DNA of 64,000 bases, taken from positions 608,001 to 672,000 of the forward strand of contig NZ_JAQNDL010000005.1 of NCBI RefSeq assembly GCF_028368995.1. Direction: 5' to 3'. This document shows, piece after piece, positions 60,316 through 64,000 of this stretch. The DNA comes from Nannocystis bainbridge (GTDB lineage Bacteria > Myxococcota_A > Polyangia > Nannocystales > Nannocystaceae). A program made the translations under genes and the position numbers. The notes beneath the pieces were generated by a model. The model had not been told where the DNA came from. It did no database searches and worked only from the letters and a program-made list of their open reading frames with translations. The stretch's first letter is position 1; the number at the start of each line of letters is the position of its first letter.

Positions 60316-61224
60316 TCAGCTCGGCTCTGCGGAGTACCAGTGGGCCACGTCGCCCCCGCGCGCGTAGCGGTCGAACCACCCCGCCGCGAACGCCGGCAGC
60401 GGCTGGTCCTCGGGGTCGTGGTTCGGCAACTGTGATTGCAAGATCCCCCGCGTCGCCGCCTTGCGCGCGCTGGCTGACACGCAGGCGAACGGATCGGGCA
60501 GCGGCGCCGGCCGCTTGCCGAACGGCACCAGCGAGCGCAGCGCGTGGCGGGCCTGGAAGCCCGGCAGCAGCACCCGCGCGTCGATCTGGCGGTCCGCGAG
60601 CGGCACGTGCTCGTTGAAGCCGGTCACGATCACGTGCAGCACGCGGTGCATGTGCAGCGCCACCGACGGCAGCATCGCCAGGCGATACGCCTCGCTCCAG
60701 CCGAGCGCGCGATACAGGATCAGCGCCGAGCTGCGGTGCTCGACCTCCTCGACGAAATGCCACAAGAACATCGAAGCGACCCGATCGTCGCCCGGCCGGA
60801 ACAGATCGGCCTCGTGGTCGAGGAACAGCTTGAACGTCGGCGTGAAGGTCGCCTCGAGATCGGCGATGTACGCCAGGTGGTACCGCAGCGACTTGGCCGC
60901 CAGCATCTCGTCGAAGCAGCGGATCGCCTCGTCGACGGTGTGCTGCAGGCCCGGCCAGCGGCGGTACAGCGCCTTCAGGTGCTGCCGATGGACCCGCGCG
61001 TGCTGGGCCTCCTGGCGCAGAAAAGCGTCCGCCTCCGCCACCACGTCCGGCTCGGTGAACTGCGGCATCGCCTGCCGCACCACCGCGACGATGTATTTCT
61101 CAAAGGCGATGGCGAGGATGCTGATCATGTTGGCCATCACCGCGAACGTCGGGTTGCCCGGGTGCCACATGAACGGGACATCGTCGGCGAAATCGAACTG
61201 AACTTTCCGAACCTGCAAAGACAT
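60316..61224 (-). CDS. Predicted metal-dependent hydrolase (ferritin-like fold)
   Basis: AFEKY, QEAQHARVH, LEATFT and WHFVEEVEH. Confidence 0.8.
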   Translation of the reverse strand: MSLQVRKVQFDFADDVPFMWHPGNPTFAVMANMISILAIAFEKYIVAVVRQAMPQFTEPDVVAEADAFLRQEAQHARVHRQHLKALYRRWPGLQHTVDEAIRCFDEMLAAKSLRYHLAYIADLEATFTPTFKLFLDHEADLFRPGDDRVASMFLWHFVEEVEHRSSALILYRALGWSEAYRLAMLPSVALHMHRVLHVIVTGFNEHVPLADRQIDARVLLPGFQARHALRSLVPFGKRPAPLPDPFACVSASARKAATRGILQSQLPNHDPEDQPLPAFAAGWFDRYARGGDVAHWYSAEPS

Positions 61225-61474
61225 GGGGCCGCTACGGTCCTGCGCCGTGAGCCCAGCCTACGCCGGTAGCGCCGACGCGACAACGCGGCCGCGCCCGAGG
61301 ACGACGGGGTTCCGACGCCGCATCCCCGCGGATCACCGCGACCCCCTGTTTTCGCGCCCGCGCCTCGGGGCGATCCCGCGGGTCGCAGTCATGGCAGCGA
61401 GCGCGTGGCGTCGCCTCGAAGCGCCGGTGCGGGCGCGGTTGACAGCCCCCGGGAGCCCCGCCGAAGCTCGCGCG

Positions 61475-62299
61475 ATGGCTCGGCAAGATCCGGCAGTCCT
61501 CGCCCTGCTGCCCCTCTTCAAGGATACGTCCGCGCAGGGGCTCACCCGCCTGCTCACCGCCGTCGGCGCTCTCGGCAGCGACGGCCTCCCGGCCCTGCGC
61601 CGGGCTGCGCGCGGCAGCAAGGCCCGGGCGCGCCGGCGCGTCGATGCCTTGCTCGCGCTCGGCGACGCCGACCCCGGCGGCCCGCCCGACGATGAAGTCC
61701 GCGAGCTCCTGGGCGTGCGCGACGACCTCCGCGACGGGCTGGTGCAGAGCATGCAGACCCGGCCGCGGTTCATCCCCGAGCTCCGCGCGATCGCCCGCGA
61801 CGCCGACGACCCCGAGTGGGCGTGGGCCGTCGATGCGCTCGGCGAGCTCGGCGACCGCGACGGCGTCGAGATCCTCATGGCGCACACGGCCGGCCAGGAC
61901 ACCCCGTTCGTCCTGCTCGACGCCCTGCGCAAGATCAAGGACCCGATCGCCGCCCTGGTGTTCGAGCCCAACCTGACGCACCCCGAGGCGCGCACGCGGG
62001 TCTATGCGCTGTGGGGCCTCGCCGCTCTCGGCCACGAGACCCCGATCGCCGGCCTCGTCGCCCTGCTCGAAGACCCCGAGGTCCACACCGCGACCTCGTA
62101 CGATCCGGGCGAGTCGCGCCGCGCCGCCCAGGCCCTGTGCGACGTGCTCGGCTGGCCGTTCGAATGGGCCCCCGAAGCCGTGGAAGCCACCCGCGCGCGC
62201 GTCCGGGCCCGCTTCAGCGAGACCTACCTCGCCGCCTGCGCCGAGGCCCTGGCGCGCGGCCAATTCGACCTACCGCCCGATCATCCAGCGAGGGCCTGA
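61475..62299 (+). CDS. HEAT/PBS-lyase repeat protein
   Basis: AVDALGELGD, LDALRKIKD and ALWGLAALG repeats. Confidence 0.7.
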   Translation: MARQDPAVLALLPLFKDTSAQGLTRLLTAVGALGSDGLPALRRAARGSKARARRRVDALLALGDADPGGPPDDEVRELLGVRDDLRDGLVQSMQTRPRFIPELRAIARDADDPEWAWAVDALGELGDRDGVEILMAHTAGQDTPFVLLDALRKIKDPIAALVFEPNLTHPEARTRVYALWGLAALGHETPIAGLVALLEDPEVHTATSYDPGESRRAAQALCDVLGWPFEWAPEAVEATRARVRARFSETYLAACAEALARGQFDLPPDHPARA

Positions 62300-62723
62300 G
62301 CCGCAGGGTCCGCTCCCTCGCTAGGCCGCGGCAGCCAGGTCGATGCGTGCGCCTGTCGCTCGGCAAGATCGAGGGTGGATCGTGTGCGAAGCCGCGGAAC
62401 ATGGCCGATCGCCTGCCCCTTCTTTCACCGGCCCGGGAAGCGCGCACGGAAGCTGCGTGCGGTGCTCGTTCGGCCCGAGGCGAATGCCGCCGAGGAGCTA
62501 CCTATCGAGGCGGCCCAGGGCGCGTCGCTCGAGCGGAGCTGGAGGATGAATGTTGAAAGAGAGTGATGAAGATCGTGGTGACCAAGGCGCAGTCGCGCTG
62601 CAGCCCGAGCCGCCGGTGCGAGAGACGTTCGCGCTGCTGATCCTGAGCGACATGTCGGTCGTGGCAGGCGAGCTCGTTCGGCGGTGCGCTGCGGCTGGAC
62701 CTCCGACCGATGCGCGGGGGCCG

Positions 62724-63203
62724 CTAAGTCGGTTGATGCCGCCAACTCCCCTCCACCGCCACCTCACTGCGGATCGAATTGGCGATGAAGCAGGCATCGT
62801 GAGCCGCGTGGTGCAGTCGCGCGACGGCGGCGTCGTCTGGCGCCGGGTCGCCCGCGAAAACCACCTCCGGGTGCAGCACAACGCGCGCGATCCAGGCCTT
62901 GCCCGCGGCGTTCTTCTCCATCAGACCGCGGGCCGTGTCGGTGTAGCACTCCACAGTGAAGCCCCTGGCAGCGGCCAGGCCAAGAAACCACAGCATGTGG
63001 CAGCTCGCTACCGAGGCGACGAAGGCTTCCTCGGGATCGACATGAGCGGGGTTCGAGAGGGGAACCCTGACGACTTCGGGCGAGCTGGAGGCCGGCACCA
63101 CCGCGCCCCCGTCGAAGCGCCAGAGGTGCTCGCGGCTGTACTTGTTGTCGGTGAACTTGCTGCCCTGCCTGGACCATTCGATGGTTGCGCTGTGCGTGGA
63201 CAT
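62724..63203 (-). CDS. OsmC family protein
   Basis: YSREH, DPEEAFVASVASCHMLWFL and AHDACFIANS. Confidence 0.88.
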   Translation of the reverse strand: MSTHSATIEWSRQGSKFTDNKYSREHLWRFDGGAVVPASSSPEVVRVPLSNPAHVDPEEAFVASVASCHMLWFLGLAAARGFTVECYTDTARGLMEKNAAGKAWIARVVLHPEVVFAGDPAPDDAAVARLHHAAHDACFIANSIRSEVAVEGSWRHQPT

Positions 63204-63249
63204 CTTCGCCTCTCGGTCTCCAGGCCGGCATTGTAGACATACGGCGCCG

Positions 63250-63316
63250 GCATGTCGCCCGGAAAGCGGGTGTGCCAGTCTCGCTCGCCGTTCACGACGA
63301 CAATGGTGCGCTTCAT
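63250..63316 (-). pseudogene. Possible 5' remnant of an ATP-grasp-type gene
   Basis: MKRTIVVVNGERDW resembles, from recall only, the N-terminus of synapsin-like ATP-grasp proteins. The reading degenerates after ~20 codons. Confidence 0.3.
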
Positions 63317-64000
63317 GGGCGCGGATTGTATCAGGAGTATGAGAGCGGGCGGGACAGGGATGCGAGGCCGCGAGCCTCCGATCCTCGGCACGCGATGTTT
63401 CCGCACGCACGCTGTGGCCGCGGTCGAACGGCGACGCTGGAAACCGCCGGGTGTTCGAGGCAGACGGGCCGACGCGGCGTTGCTGTCGACGCCCGTCGTG
63501 CCCGGGCCGCCGCCGGTGCCGAGGCAATTTTCGGTGTCGGCAGGTGTGATCGCCGGCGACGGGGCGCCAGCGGGCGCCGCGCTTCTCGACGCCTGAGCTC
63601 TCGTGATTCATCGGCATCCCACCTCCGAGGGCCAGGTACCTCTCCGGGAGGTCCACGTCACCACGCGGTCTACCGAACGGTTACCGTCGAACGGCAGCTC
63701 AGGCGGGAACGCAGCTCGCCGAACGGATACGAAGTTCTTCAGGTCTATGAGATGCAGATCTCGCTATTCTCTGCGAGATCTGATTCCACGACCGTCTACG
63801 CCACCTTTAACTCTAATGCCATTGCGGAACTCAACGTAAGTGACCGATATGGCAAAGAGGCTCGCTTCGAGCCTCTTATCCGAGGTGAAGTGGAGGTCGT
63901 CCTGGAACCAGGGTATACATCCTGGAAATCAACATACCAAACTGGTCATTGGATCTGCCGGACCTGAAATCCTAGATCTTAGAACGATTGAAAGATCTTG

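Noticed and set aside
62343-62720. Short ORFs between the HEAT and OsmC genes
   Set aside because: No recognisable motifs and inconsistent codon usage.

Overview
A very GC-rich window (about 70% by eye), most likely from a myxobacterium of the Nannocystis/Polyangia type. That assignment is inferred from many Thr/Gly/Asp-linker lipoproteins, CGDG/DUF4215 cysteine repeats, a MYXO-CTERM protein and an MglA-like GTPase. The first ~29 kb is mostly secreted or surface proteins, plus pssA, a DTW protein, an orphan CheB, an ECF sigma operon and a PAS-STAS protein. From ~29.8 to 57.8 kb lies a dispersed, scaffold-less (no NRPS/PKS) amino-acid-modifying gene cluster. It encodes a GNAT, two fold-II PLP enzymes, a TauD dioxygenase, a GGCT, a VOC protein, a Glu/Leu dehydrogenase, a class IV aminotransferase, a heme-oxygenase-like diiron enzyme, two SAM methyltransferases, a GT-A protein, a GT1, an MFS and a binding protein. 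The cluster is interrupted by a giant Ser/Thr-kinase-AAA-GAF-histidine kinase and a roadblock/receiver/MglA-like module. The strongest unexplained signal is a dispersed family of 14-bp-period palindromic repeats (approximately GGACATGTCC-N4). It occurs at more than 15 loci, both between genes and inside genes, and it makes up much of the long linker of the MglA-like protein. No tRNA, rRNA, CRISPR array or transposase was recognised. All calls are from reading motifs by eye; no database searches were run.
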